Source: an uncultured Spirochaetaceae bacterium
GTDB taxonomy: Bacteria > Spirochaetota > Spirochaetia > DSM-27196 > SLST01
Direction: 5' to 3'
Length of the DNA: 64,000 nt
NCBI GenBank assembly: GCA_964537725.1
Contig: CAZICD010000001.1
Span: forward strand, 63,878 to 127,877
Under the pieces are notes generated by a model that was not told the DNA's origin, did no database searches, and saw only the letters and a program-made list of their open reading frames with translations. Position 1 is the first letter of the stretch. Every line of letters begins with the position of its first letter. A program made the position numbers and the translations under genes. Positions 1-9,031 of the stretch are shown in pieces.

Positions 1-97
1 AGCTCGAGGAGCCGCTCTGCACCGACGGCTGAACGGGGCGTGGCAGAGCACCGGGATACCCGCTACACTGAGGCTGAGACGGGGAATCGGGGAGAGC

Positions 98-1549
98 ATG
101 ACGAACGGCGACCAGCCCGTTAGCGACAGCTATCGCGAATCCATAGAGAAACTCGTCACGACGCCGGAGATCCGCGAGACCCTCGCCGAGCTCGGGGTGT
201 TCATCCGGAACTTCAGGACCGGCGAGAGCTATCCGAACTACATCTGGCGTGACCTGGGCTACCGCGATGAAGAGCTCAGCGAAGAGTTCTGGCAGAGCAT
301 CATCCACCCGGATGATCGTCCCAGGGCGATGCGTCAGTACGAGGAGGTGCTCCTCGGGAAGAGCACGGTCTACCGGACGGTCTACCGGATTCGCAGCGCG
401 TCCGGCGAGTGGCGCTGGATCGTGAACTCGGGCCGCGTGGTCACGTGGGACGACGATGGTCGGCCCGAGTTCTTCCTCGGCGCGGACGTGGACATCACCG
501 AGCGGCGCGCTACCGAGGAGGCACTCGAGCGCGCGAAGACCGAGGCGGAGGAACAGGCTCAGGAAGCAGAGACGCTGCGGATGGCCGGCGCGATCGTCGC
601 GAGCACGCTGGAGGTCGAGCGGACCGTCCAGCTCGTGCTCGATCAGGCGCTCAACGTCGTTCCGTACGACACGGCGAGCGTCCTGCTCCTGCGCGAGGAC
701 GCGCTCGAGGTGATCGGCGGCAACGGGTGGGACGATCTGGACGCGATCCGCGGTCTGCGCATCCCCTGTCCGGGTGAGAACCCGCACAGCCGCGCGATAG
801 AGACGCGCAACGCGACGGTCGTCAACGACGTCGCCGAGGAGTTCGCCAGATTCTCGAACATCTCGGGCACCGAGATCAGATCATGGCTGGGGATCCCGCT
901 CATCGTGCACGGCGAGGTGATCGGGCTTCTCGCGCTCGACAGCACGACGCCCGGCTTCTTCACGCCGAAACACGTTCGACTCGCGACCGCGCTCGGCGAC
1001 CACGTCGCCGTCGCGATCCAGAACGCGCGGCTCTACGAGCAGACGCGCGAGCTCGCGATGACCGACAGCCTGACCGGGATCGCGACCCGCCGCGCCTTCT
1101 TCGTCCAGGCCGAGCACGCGCTCGAACAGGCGAAGCGCAACGAACAGCAGATCAGCGTCATCATGGCGGACCTCGACCACTTCAAGTCGATCAACGACGA
1201 GTACGGGCACGGCCGGGGCGACGAGGCGATCCGTCTCGCGGCGGACGCCGCACGCGAGGTACTGCGCCGCAGCGACATCATCGGCCGCTACGGAGGCGAG
1301 GAGTTCGCGGTCGTCCTGCCGAATACCGACAGGACCGATGCCACGACGATCGCCGAACGACTGCGCACGCGCGTAGAAGAGATCATCGTACCGGGGACCG
1401 AAGAGCACCTGTCGGTGAGCGTGGGAGTCGTGACGGAGGCGCCGACACCGGCTGAAACGGTCGACGCGGTGCTCGACAAGGCCGACCGCGCGCTCTACGA
1501 GGCGAAGCGGCTCGGGCGCAACCGGGTCGAAGTCTTCGCCGCTTCGTGA
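98..1549 (+). CDS. PAS-GAF-GGDEF diguanylate cyclase
   Basis: 483-aa ORF. PAS-like block (IIHPDDR...GEWRWIVNSGR), GAF-like middle, and a C-terminal GGDEF domain with GGEEF and an RxxD I-site (RRSD, 5 aa upstream). GGGGAGAG Shine-Dalgarno before the ATG. Confidence 0.9.
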   Translation: MTNGDQPVSDSYRESIEKLVTTPEIRETLAELGVFIRNFRTGESYPNYIWRDLGYRDEELSEEFWQSIIHPDDRPRAMRQYEEVLLGKSTVYRTVYRIRSASGEWRWIVNSGRVVTWDDDGRPEFFLGADVDITERRATEEALERAKTEAEEQAQEAETLRMAGAIVASTLEVERTVQLVLDQALNVVPYDTASVLLLREDALEVIGGNGWDDLDAIRGLRIPCPGENPHSRAIETRNATVVNDVAEEFARFSNISGTEIRSWLGIPLIVHGEVIGLLALDSTTPGFFTPKHVRLATALGDHVAVAIQNARLYEQTRELAMTDSLTGIATRRAFFVQAEHALEQAKRNEQQISVIMADLDHFKSINDEYGHGRGDEAIRLAADAAREVLRRSDIIGRYGGEEFAVVLPNTDRTDATTIAERLRTRVEEIIVPGTEEHLSVSVGVVTEAPTPAETVDAVLDKADRALYEAKRLGRNRVEVFAAS

Positions 1550-1598
1550 GGTCGCGGGGCCGCTGGGCGTCAGGAGCTCGAACGCCTCAAGGGCCCGC

Positions 1599-3818
1599 CT
1601 ACTTCTCGGTGAGCGACGTGACGCCGGTCCACGAGGCGCGCTCCGCGGAGTCGGTGGCGAGCCAGATATCGCACTGGTCCACCATTCTGGCCGCGACGAT
1701 GTCGTCGTCCGCGATTGACCCGAATGCCTCCCGCGCCTCGTCGAGGCGGTTGTTGTACCAGAGGCGCAGCGCCCGATCGTAGGTCTCCAGGACTTCACGA
1801 CGCTGTTCATAATCCGACGCGGAGAAGGGCTCGTAGACGGTTACGGGCTCGAGGCGGCCGACGACGGCGATGCGACCGAGCTCACGGACCGGATACGCGT
1901 CGCCGATCCGCTCGCGCGTTGCGTGCGATATCATCGCGTACGTGCCGAACACCTTGTTTGCACCCTCGAGCCGACTCGCGAGATTCATGCCGTCGCCGAG
2001 CGCCGTGTAGTCGAACCGCGTGCGGCTACCGAAGTTGCCGACCGAGACCTCGGCCGTGTTGAGCCCGATGCGCGTGTAGATCTCTCGCCCGACGCCGGGA
2101 ATCTCGCCGTTCGCGGCGGCTTCGGTGATCGGCTTCGCGTACTCGGGGCGCAACTCCGCCAGCCGCTCCTGGCACGCGAGCGCTGCGCGAACGGCGCGCA
2201 GGGGGTGGTCGTGAAGATCGAGCGGAGCGTTCCAGAACGCGATGATCGCGTCACCCTCGAACTTGTCGATCGTGCCCCCCGCATCCTGGATGATGCTCAC
2301 GAGCTCGGTGAGGTAGTGGTTGAGGAAGCCGGACAGCTGCTCGGGCTGCAAGCCCTCGGACAGCGTCGTGAATCCCTGGATGTCGGAGAAGAACATCGTC
2401 AGCTCACGCTTCTCACCGCCGAGCCGCAGCTTGTCCGGATCGCTCTCGAGCTCGGAGATAACGTCGGGACTGAGATACTGACCGAATGCGCCGCGGATGA
2501 AGCGCTTCTGCGCCCCCTCGGTCGCGTAGTTCGCGACGTTCGCGGCCGCGAGCGCGAGAAAGACGGTCACCAGCGGCACGACCATGGGCACCCAGTAGTC
2601 CACGAGGTACCCGCCCACCGCGAGGCCAACGATCGCCGCGAGGACCCCTACGCTGAGCAACGCCTCGGTCACGGTACGCTGAGCGTACGTCGCGGCGAAG
2701 GCGACGCCGAGCGTGAGGATCACGATGAGCACGATGGACGCGCCCGTGGGCAGGTCCTGGAGAAATTCGCCGGCGAGCAGGTTGTCGAGCATCGTCGCGT
2801 GTACCGATACGCCGGGCGCGCGCGGGTCGAGCGGCGTAGGGCGCAGGTCGAGCAAGCCGGAGGCGCTCAGCCCCACGAAGACGTGCTTGCCGGCGAACGG
2901 CTCGGCCTCCACCGTGGGTTCGCCCCCGGAGGCGAGGTTGAACCCGGAGATGACGATGTCGAACGCCGGGAAGTTCTCGTGGAGGTAGCCGGTACGTGCG
3001 CCGGTGTCCGGGTTGGTTTCGCCGGGCGTCGTATAGCGAAGCAGGACGCTCCCGTCGGAGTCGAGGGGGACGCGCGTCTCGCCCACGTACAGCGTCCCGC
3101 CCTCGAAGCGGTAGAGGAGCGGCGCATCGCCGGTCATGATGAGTGGTGCGGAGGCGAGCGCGGGGATCGGCTGGTCGTCGTGGTAGCTGAGCAGCCGGTA
3201 GCGTCGGAACACGCCGTCGTCGTCGTTCTCCTGGTTGACGAAGGCGAGCGTCGCGTTCGCCGGGATCACGTCCTGATGCGGGAACGAAGCCTGCGCGAAG
3301 GTGAACCGACGCCGCATCGCCTCCGGGACGTTCTCGACCGTCAGGTCCGGTCGGCCTATGTACGACGGCCACGGTTCGACGTTCTCGCCTCGACGAGCGA
3401 GCAACTCTGCTCCGTAGATCGTACGGCCGTACTCCGCGGCCGCTGTGAGCATCTGCCGATCGTCGTCAACACCGAACTGGCCCTCGTCCTCGAGGATGAT
3501 GTCGAAGGTGACCGAGGCTGCATCGGCGTGCCGGAAAAACTCGAGCATGAACCCGTAGAAGCTTCGCGGCCACGGCCAGTCGACGCCGTTCTGGCTGCTC
3601 ATGAGCTCGAGGCTCTCCTGGTCGACGAGCACGAGGATCACGTCGTCCGTCGCCTCGGTAGGGGCCGCGAGCGTGCTGACGCGCCAGTCCCACGTCGTCC
3701 GCTCGGGTCCCCGGAGAGCTCCGGTGAGCAGGAGCACCACACCGACCACCGCGGATGCTACTCCGACGACGGTCGCCCGGACATGCTTCGTAGAGAGTAC
3801 GCCTGAAGCGCGTGCCAC
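1599..3818 (-). CDS. CHASE2-sensor class III adenylate/guanylate cyclase
   Basis: 739-aa ORF. N-terminal TM, large extracytoplasmic domain, TM cluster, then a class III cyclase core (MFFSDIQGFTTLSE...KFEGDAIIAFWNAP). GTG start preceded by GAGGAGGAGA. Confidence 0.85.
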   Translation of the reverse strand: MARASGVLSTKHVRATVVGVASAVVGVVLLLTGALRGPERTTWDWRVSTLAAPTEATDDVILVLVDQESLELMSSQNGVDWPWPRSFYGFMLEFFRHADAASVTFDIILEDEGQFGVDDDRQMLTAAAEYGRTIYGAELLARRGENVEPWPSYIGRPDLTVENVPEAMRRRFTFAQASFPHQDVIPANATLAFVNQENDDDGVFRRYRLLSYHDDQPIPALASAPLIMTGDAPLLYRFEGGTLYVGETRVPLDSDGSVLLRYTTPGETNPDTGARTGYLHENFPAFDIVISGFNLASGGEPTVEAEPFAGKHVFVGLSASGLLDLRPTPLDPRAPGVSVHATMLDNLLAGEFLQDLPTGASIVLIVILTLGVAFAATYAQRTVTEALLSVGVLAAIVGLAVGGYLVDYWVPMVVPLVTVFLALAAANVANYATEGAQKRFIRGAFGQYLSPDVISELESDPDKLRLGGEKRELTMFFSDIQGFTTLSEGLQPEQLSGFLNHYLTELVSIIQDAGGTIDKFEGDAIIAFWNAPLDLHDHPLRAVRAALACQERLAELRPEYAKPITEAAANGEIPGVGREIYTRIGLNTAEVSVGNFGSRTRFDYTALGDGMNLASRLEGANKVFGTYAMISHATRERIGDAYPVRELGRIAVVGRLEPVTVYEPFSASDYEQRREVLETYDRALRLWYNNRLDEAREAFGSIADDDIVAARMVDQCDIWLATDSAERASWTGVTSLTEK

Positions 3819-3873
3819 TGTCTCCTCCTCAAAACGAGCCCCTCTGCGTGGGCAGCGCCGGTCTTCAGCGACG

Positions 3874-4875
3874 CTACCGCCCGGCGGCGACCGCCTCGTC
3901 GTAGCGCCGCGCGGCCACGTCGTTGTCGATGCTGCCGCCCTCGGAGGCGTTGCGCAGATCGGTCTTCTCGAGATCGCGGATACGCTGCTGGGGCCGCGGG
4001 TGCGTCTTGGAGAACCCTCGCCGCTCCGCAGAGCCTTCGTACTCGGCCTTCTGCGCTTCGTCCATCCGTTCGAGCACGCGGACGAGCGCGTACGGATCGT
4101 ACCCGACGCGCATCAGGATCTCGACCGCTCGCGCGTCGGCCTGGCGCTCGGTCGCACCGGAGTAGCCGCGCGTGACGAGCGTGTCGACCACGTCGCCGGT
4201 CGTGTCCGAGAAGACCGCGGTCACCTCTTCGAGCTGCTCGTCGGTGACCGTCTCGAGCGCATCGAACATTCCATCCTGCACCGCGGTGAGAACCCGCGCG
4301 GTCCGGATGCTGCCCAGGCCGTGACGCATCGCGACGTGGCCGATCTCGTGGGCGAGCACGGCGGCGAGCTCGTCTTCGCTGCGCGTGAGACCGAGCATGC
4401 CCCGGCTGATGAATATGTGGCCGCCGGGCGTCGCGAAGGCGTTGATCTCATCGGTGTCGAGGACGAGGAAGGTGTAGCCGTGGTAGAGCTGCGGGCGAGG
4501 AGAGGCGAGCGCGAGCGACTGGCCCAGTCGATTCACGTACGAGGTAACGGCGTCGTTATCATACGGGTCGTACTGGTTCAGGATGGTCGCCGCGACCGAT
4601 CGCCCGACGTAGTACTCCTGCTCGGGCGTAAAGGGGCTGTTCGACGCGTCGGCGACGTCGCTGAGCGTCTTCATGCCCGTCTGCGCAAGCTTAGCGCCCT
4701 GCGAGGGGCCGGCTCCGATCCCCAGGTCGCCGAGCTCGCCGACCGCCGACTCGAGCGCGGCACAACCGCCGAGCGCGGCGGCCACGGCGAGCGCGATAAG
4801 CGTGACGACGAGCGCGCGAGGTCGGCGGAACGGGCGCGCGAGGCGGCCCGATCGTGTGGTCCGTGTCGTTCTCAT
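3874..4875 (-). CDS. M48-family zinc metalloprotease, lipoprotein
   Basis: 333 aa. HEIGH zinc motif (LAHEIGHVAMRHG) and a lipobox-like signal (AAALGGCAAL). The start abuts the stop of the upstream SH3b gene. Confidence 0.85.
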   Translation of the reverse strand: MRTTRTTRSGRLARPFRRPRALVVTLIALAVAAALGGCAALESAVGELGDLGIGAGPSQGAKLAQTGMKTLSDVADASNSPFTPEQEYYVGRSVAATILNQYDPYDNDAVTSYVNRLGQSLALASPRPQLYHGYTFLVLDTDEINAFATPGGHIFISRGMLGLTRSEDELAAVLAHEIGHVAMRHGLGSIRTARVLTAVQDGMFDALETVTDEQLEEVTAVFSDTTGDVVDTLVTRGYSGATERQADARAVEILMRVGYDPYALVRVLERMDEAQKAEYEGSAERRGFSKTHPRPQQRIRDLEKTDLRNASEGGSIDNDVAARRYDEAVAAGR

Positions 4876-5361
4876 CTACTCGCCCTCCTCGATGATCTCC
4901 GCACCGATCGCGGTGAGGAAGTCCCCGAGCTCGGACGGGGGAAGCAGCAGCGTTTCCATCTCGTCGACGCCGCCGAAGTCGAGCTCCTGTTGCTCCTGGT
5001 ACTCCTGCTCGACCTGCTCGTTGAAGCCGCGACCGGCGAGCGCGATCTCGCGCGACGTGGTGCCGGTGTCCTCCGACGTGGCGCCGGTGAGGTTCATCTC
5101 GTCCGGCGGCAGGACCGCCGTCGAGTGCAGCCAGCCTTCGCCGCCGCTCGACTCGACCCGCACCCGGACCCAGTCGCCTCGAACGCCGAGCGCCGTGAGC
5201 GACGCTCCGTACGGCACGCGTTCTTCTATCGTGCTGAGAAATCCGGGGGCCGATCTCAGCTCGCCTTCGCGCACCGAAACGGCGATGGGGTCGCCCGGCT
5301 CGATCGCGAACGCGGCGCCGGCGAGCAGAAACAGCAGGACTGCCGTTCCGATTCTCTTCAT
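4876..5361 (-). CDS. Secreted SH3b-domain protein with acidic C-terminal tail
   Basis: Only the last 161 aa of the 811-aa track ORF look real. They have a signal peptide (MKRIGTAVLLFLLAGAAFA) and a bacterial SH3-like core (GDWVRVRVESSGGEGWLHSTAV). ATG at 5361. Confidence 0.65.
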   Translation of the reverse strand: MKRIGTAVLLFLLAGAAFAIEPGDPIAVSVREGELRSAPGFLSTIEERVPYGASLTALGVRGDWVRVRVESSGGEGWLHSTAVLPPDEMNLTGATSEDTGTTSREIALAGRGFNEQVEQEYQEQQELDFGGVDEMETLLLPPSELGDFLTAIGAEIIEEGE

Positions 5362-5477
5362 GGTGCCCTCCGCATGTGCAGTATATGCACGCCGTGGCAG
5401 CGAGTCGAGCGCCAGGGACGCAGTTGACCGTGCCGTCGATCGGTCGCCGCGAACTTGGCCCGGCGGGGAGCTTCGGC

Positions 5478-5483
5478 TACACT
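5478..5483 (+). promoter_or_regulatory. -10-like hexamer TACACT, 7 nt upstream of the MFS ATG (leaderless-type geometry)
   Basis: The sequence reads TACACT cgtcgga ATG(5491). The same spacing occurs at radA. Confidence 0.35.
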
Positions 5484-5490
5484 CGTCGGA

Positions 5491-6747
5491 ATGCAGGGCG
5501 GTATCGCTATTCACATCAGACGGCTCGTGCTCCCGGTCTACCTGCCCATGGTCCTCCTGTCGGTGGGGATGACCGCCCCTGTTGCCGCGTTTCCGCAGTA
5601 CCTCGCGTCGCTCGGCGCGTCGGTCGCGGTGGTGGGCGTTGTGATCTCCATGCGCGGCGTGGGCAACATGGTCAGCGACCTGCCCGGCGGGCTGATCCTC
5701 GGGCGCGTGCGGCTTCGGATCGTGGTCCAGGTCGCGCTCCTGCTCGCGAGCGCCGCCTCGGCGGCGATGGCGCTCATCCCTCACGTCGCCGTGATCGGCG
5801 CGCTGGTCGTCGTGATGGGAACCGCGAGCTCGGTCATGGTCACCGCGATGATGACCTACGTGCGCATCTCCGTACCGGCCGACCTGCGCGGCCGCGCGCT
5901 CTCGCTCACCGGCGGGTCGGTCCGCATCGGCGCGCTGGTCGGGCCGATCGCCGGCGGCCTGCTCGCCGACAGCTTCGGCGTACCGGCGGCGATCGGGCTT
6001 CGAGCCGCGGCGTTCTTCGCGGCGTTCGTCGTCTTCACGATGAGTCCCGACCGCGGAATCGGTGCGCCGGGACGGGCGCGCACGCGGTCCAGGGAGCGCG
6101 AGGCGGGAGGCGCGACGGCGGAACGGCCGGGCCTCGCAGCGCAGTTCCGTGCGATCGGTGCCGGACTCCGCGGGCGTGGCTGGGCGCTCGCGACGGTGGG
6201 GTTCGCGATCCTGATGCTCCAGCTCCTGCGCGCCTCGCGCAACATCGTGCTGCCGCTGTGGGGCGACGAGCTGGAGCTCTCCGCGACGTTGATCGGTTCG
6301 GTCATGAGCGCGGGAGCGGCGCTCGAGCTCGCGCTGTTCATCCCGGCTGGTATCATCATGGACCGTGCAGGACGCAAGGTCGCCGCGGGGCTCTGCATCG
6401 GCATCTTCTCGCTGGGAGTCTTCGCGCTCTCGCTCGCCGGCTCGGTACCGCTCTTCGTCGTCGCGAGCCTGCTCATCGGCCTGGGCAACGGCTTCGGCTC
6501 GGGCATCAACATGACGATCGGGACCGATCTCGCACCGTCGGGGGCGGTGAGCGAGTTCCTGGGCCTCTGGCGGCTCTTCGGCGACGTAGGCGCGGCGGCG
6601 GGCCCCGCGGTCGTGGGCAGCATCGCGAGCGCCGGCGGGTTGCCCGTCGCGATCGTCGCGACGGCGCTCTTCGGGGTGAGCGGTCTCGTCGCGCTGCTCT
6701 TCGCCCCGGAGACGCTCAAGCTCGCGAAGAGCGCCGACGACGGATAG
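5491..6747 (+). CDS. MFS transporter
   Basis: About 12 predicted hydrophobic helices and a central basic loop. Start set at the ATG 7 nt after the TACACT hexamer; the track ORF begins at TTG 5455. Confidence 0.8.
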   Translation: MQGGIAIHIRRLVLPVYLPMVLLSVGMTAPVAAFPQYLASLGASVAVVGVVISMRGVGNMVSDLPGGLILGRVRLRIVVQVALLLASAASAAMALIPHVAVIGALVVVMGTASSVMVTAMMTYVRISVPADLRGRALSLTGGSVRIGALVGPIAGGLLADSFGVPAAIGLRAAAFFAAFVVFTMSPDRGIGAPGRARTRSREREAGGATAERPGLAAQFRAIGAGLRGRGWALATVGFAILMLQLLRASRNIVLPLWGDELELSATLIGSVMSAGAALELALFIPAGIIMDRAGRKVAAGLCIGIFSLGVFALSLAGSVPLFVVASLLIGLGNGFGSGINMTIGTDLAPSGAVSEFLGLWRLFGDVGAAAGPAVVGSIASAGGLPVAIVATALFGVSGLVALLFAPETLKLAKSADDG

Positions 6748-6805
6748 CTGCGCATTGCCGAGTCGGGTCCGACCGTGTATTCTTGCACGCGCAAAGGAGT
6801 CCACC

Positions 6806-7984
6806 GTGTTCACGATTCGAACCATGAACAAAATCGCGCAGCGGGGCATCGCGCTGCTTCCATCCGACCGCTTCACCGTGGGCGACGACGTGCAGGATCC
6901 CGACGCGATCCTCGTGCGCAGCGCGAAGCTCCACGACGAGGAGTTCGCACCGAACATGAAGGCGATCGCGCGCGCGGGAGCCGGGGTCAACAACATCCCC
7001 ATCGACCGGTGCAGCGAACAGGGCATCGTCGTGTTCAACACGCCCGGCGCGAACGCGAACAGCGTCAAGGAGCTCGTCATCGCGGGCCTGTTGCTCTCTG
7101 CGCGCGGAATCCACGAGGGCCTGAGCTGGGTGAGCGAGAACGCGTCGGAATCAGACCTCGCGTCGCTCGTCGAGAAGGAGAAGAAGCGCTTCGCCGGGAC
7201 CGAGATCATGGGCAAGACGCTGGGTGTCGTTGGCCTAGGCGCGATCGGCGTGATGGTCTCGAACGCGGCTACCGCGCTGGGGATGCGGGTCATCGGCTTC
7301 GACCCGTTCATCTCGGTCGACTCGGCGTGGGGACTCTCGCGCGCGGTCGAACGCGCGCGCTCGCTCGAGCAACTGCTCGCGCAGGCGGATTACGTGACGA
7401 TCCACGTGCCGTTGAACGACAACACCAGGGGTATGATCGGAGCGAAGGAGATCGCCGCGATGAAGGAAGGCGCGCGGCTGCTCAACTTCGCGCGCGGCGG
7501 GCTCGTCGACGAAACCGAGCTCGCGACGGCGCTCGAGAGCGGCAAGGTCGCCCGGTACGTGACCGACTTCCCCGGCGAGACGATCGCCGGCGTGCCAGGC
7601 GTTCTTGGTGTTCCGCACCTCGGAGCATCAACGGAAGAAGCGGAGGAGAACTGCGCGGTCATGGCCTCCCGGCAGCTGCGCGACTACCTCGAGCGAGGCA
7701 CGATCACGAACTCGGTCAACTTCCCGGAATGCCAGCTCGACGCGACCGACAATCAGCGGGTCCTCGTCGCGAATCGAAACATTCCCAACATGGTCGGCCA
7801 GATCACGACGATCCTGGCGAACCACTCGATCAATATTCTCGATCTGCTGAACCGCCACCGGGGCGATCTCGCGTACAACATCATCGACATTGACGGGAAC
7901 CTCTCGCAGGAAGCGGTCGACCAGCTTCAGGCGATCGAAGGGGTCATTTTCGTACGCACGATCCAGCCGGTGCTCGGTTCGTAG
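6806..7984 (+). CDS. serA: D-3-phosphoglycerate dehydrogenase with C-terminal ACT domain
   Basis: 2-hydroxyacid dehydrogenase NAD fold (GVVGLGAIG) with a C-terminal ACT-like region (NIPNMVGQITTILANHSINI). AAGGAG lies 6 nt before GTG 6806; an alternative ATG is at 6824. Confidence 0.85.
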   Translation: MFTIRTMNKIAQRGIALLPSDRFTVGDDVQDPDAILVRSAKLHDEEFAPNMKAIARAGAGVNNIPIDRCSEQGIVVFNTPGANANSVKELVIAGLLLSARGIHEGLSWVSENASESDLASLVEKEKKRFAGTEIMGKTLGVVGLGAIGVMVSNAATALGMRVIGFDPFISVDSAWGLSRAVERARSLEQLLAQADYVTIHVPLNDNTRGMIGAKEIAAMKEGARLLNFARGGLVDETELATALESGKVARYVTDFPGETIAGVPGVLGVPHLGASTEEAEENCAVMASRQLRDYLERGTITNSVNFPECQLDATDNQRVLVANRNIPNMVGQITTILANHSINILDLLNRHRGDLAYNIIDIDGNLSQEAVDQLQAIEGVIFVRTIQPVLGS

Positions 7985-7999
7985 GTTCCAGGAGTCTGC

Positions 8000-9010
8000 A
8001 TGAGAACCTCAGTTATCTTCGCGATCATGGCGGTCGCGCTCGCGAGCGCCGCTTGCAGCACCCCCGACCGTGATCTCCCGAACGGCCTGTACGCGGAGAT
8101 CCAGACGGCGAAGGGGGACATCGTCATCGAGCTCTTCGACGAACGCGCACCGGCGACGGTGATGAACTTCGTCGGCCTCGCCGAAGGCGCGATCGACAAC
8201 ACGCACGCGCCCGGAGAACCGTACTTCGACGGGCTGACCTTCCACCGCGTCGAGCCGGGCTTCGTCATCCAGGGCGGCGACCCGAAGGGCGACGGCACCG
8301 GCGACCCGGGCTACCGGTTCCCCACCGAGACGCACCCCGAGCTCGTGCACGACGGGCCCGGCATCGTCGCGATGGCGAACTCCGGACCGGACACCAACGG
8401 CAGCCAGTTCTACATCACGATGGCACCGACGCCTCAACTCGACGGCGGCTACAACGTCTTCGGCGAGGTCGTCGAGGGCATGGACGTCGTCGGCTCGATC
8501 GAGGCCGGCGACCGGATGCGTCGCGTCTCCATCCTCCGGGTCGGAGACGAGGCGCAGGACTACGCACCGTCGCAGGAGTCGTTCGACGCGCTCGTCGCCG
8601 ATATCCGCGCGGAACGCGAACGCCAGCGCGAGGAGGCTCGACAGGCGGCGCTCGACGCGCTGCGCGACGAGTACCCGGGACTCGCCGAGTACGAGGACAC
8701 GGGTCTGCTCCTCGCCGAGATCCGTGCGGGGAGCGGCGCTCCTCCGCAGCAGGGCGACGAGGTCGCGGTGCACATCGTCTGGTCGCTTCCCGACGGCAGG
8801 CAGCTCGACAGCACGCGCGATCGCGGCGAGCCCGAGCGCTTCGTGTACATGCAGAACCGGCTCATCCGTGGGTTGGAGATCGCGATCGGTACGATGAGCG
8901 TGGGTGAGCGGACCGTCGCGGTCGTCCCGCCGGAGCTCTGGGGCGGCAACCGTCCGCCGATGATTCCGGAGGACAGCCACGTCGTCTTCGACATCGAGCG
9001 GCTGGAATAG
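8000..9010 (+). CDS. Lipoprotein fusing cyclophilin-type and FKBP-type peptidyl-prolyl isomerase domains
   Basis: Lipobox (LASAACS). Cyclophilin motifs (FHRV, GGDPKGDGTG, MANSGPDTNGSQFYIT), then an FKBP-like C-terminus (GDEVAVHIVWSLPDGRQLDS...LIRGLEIAIGTMSVGER). Confidence 0.8.
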   Translation: MRTSVIFAIMAVALASAACSTPDRDLPNGLYAEIQTAKGDIVIELFDERAPATVMNFVGLAEGAIDNTHAPGEPYFDGLTFHRVEPGFVIQGGDPKGDGTGDPGYRFPTETHPELVHDGPGIVAMANSGPDTNGSQFYITMAPTPQLDGGYNVFGEVVEGMDVVGSIEAGDRMRRVSILRVGDEAQDYAPSQESFDALVADIRAERERQREEARQAALDALRDEYPGLAEYEDTGLLLAEIRAGSGAPPQQGDEVAVHIVWSLPDGRQLDSTRDRGEPERFVYMQNRLIRGLEIAIGTMSVGERTVAVVPPELWGGNRPPMIPEDSHVVFDIERLE

Positions 9011-9031
9011 CGCGGGCCCGCCGGGCGAGTC

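Noticed and set aside
1-97. Possible 3' end of an upstream plus-strand gene (an in-frame TGA at about 30-32)
   Set aside because: Only about 10 codons are visible, which cannot support a call.
4876-7311. 811-aa minus-strand ORF spanning the SH3b gene, the MFS gene and part of serA
   Set aside because: Only the last 161 aa (from ATG 5361, with a signal peptide) look like protein. The rest is Arg/Asp/His-rich antisense translation of well-supported plus-strand genes, typical of GC-rich DNA.
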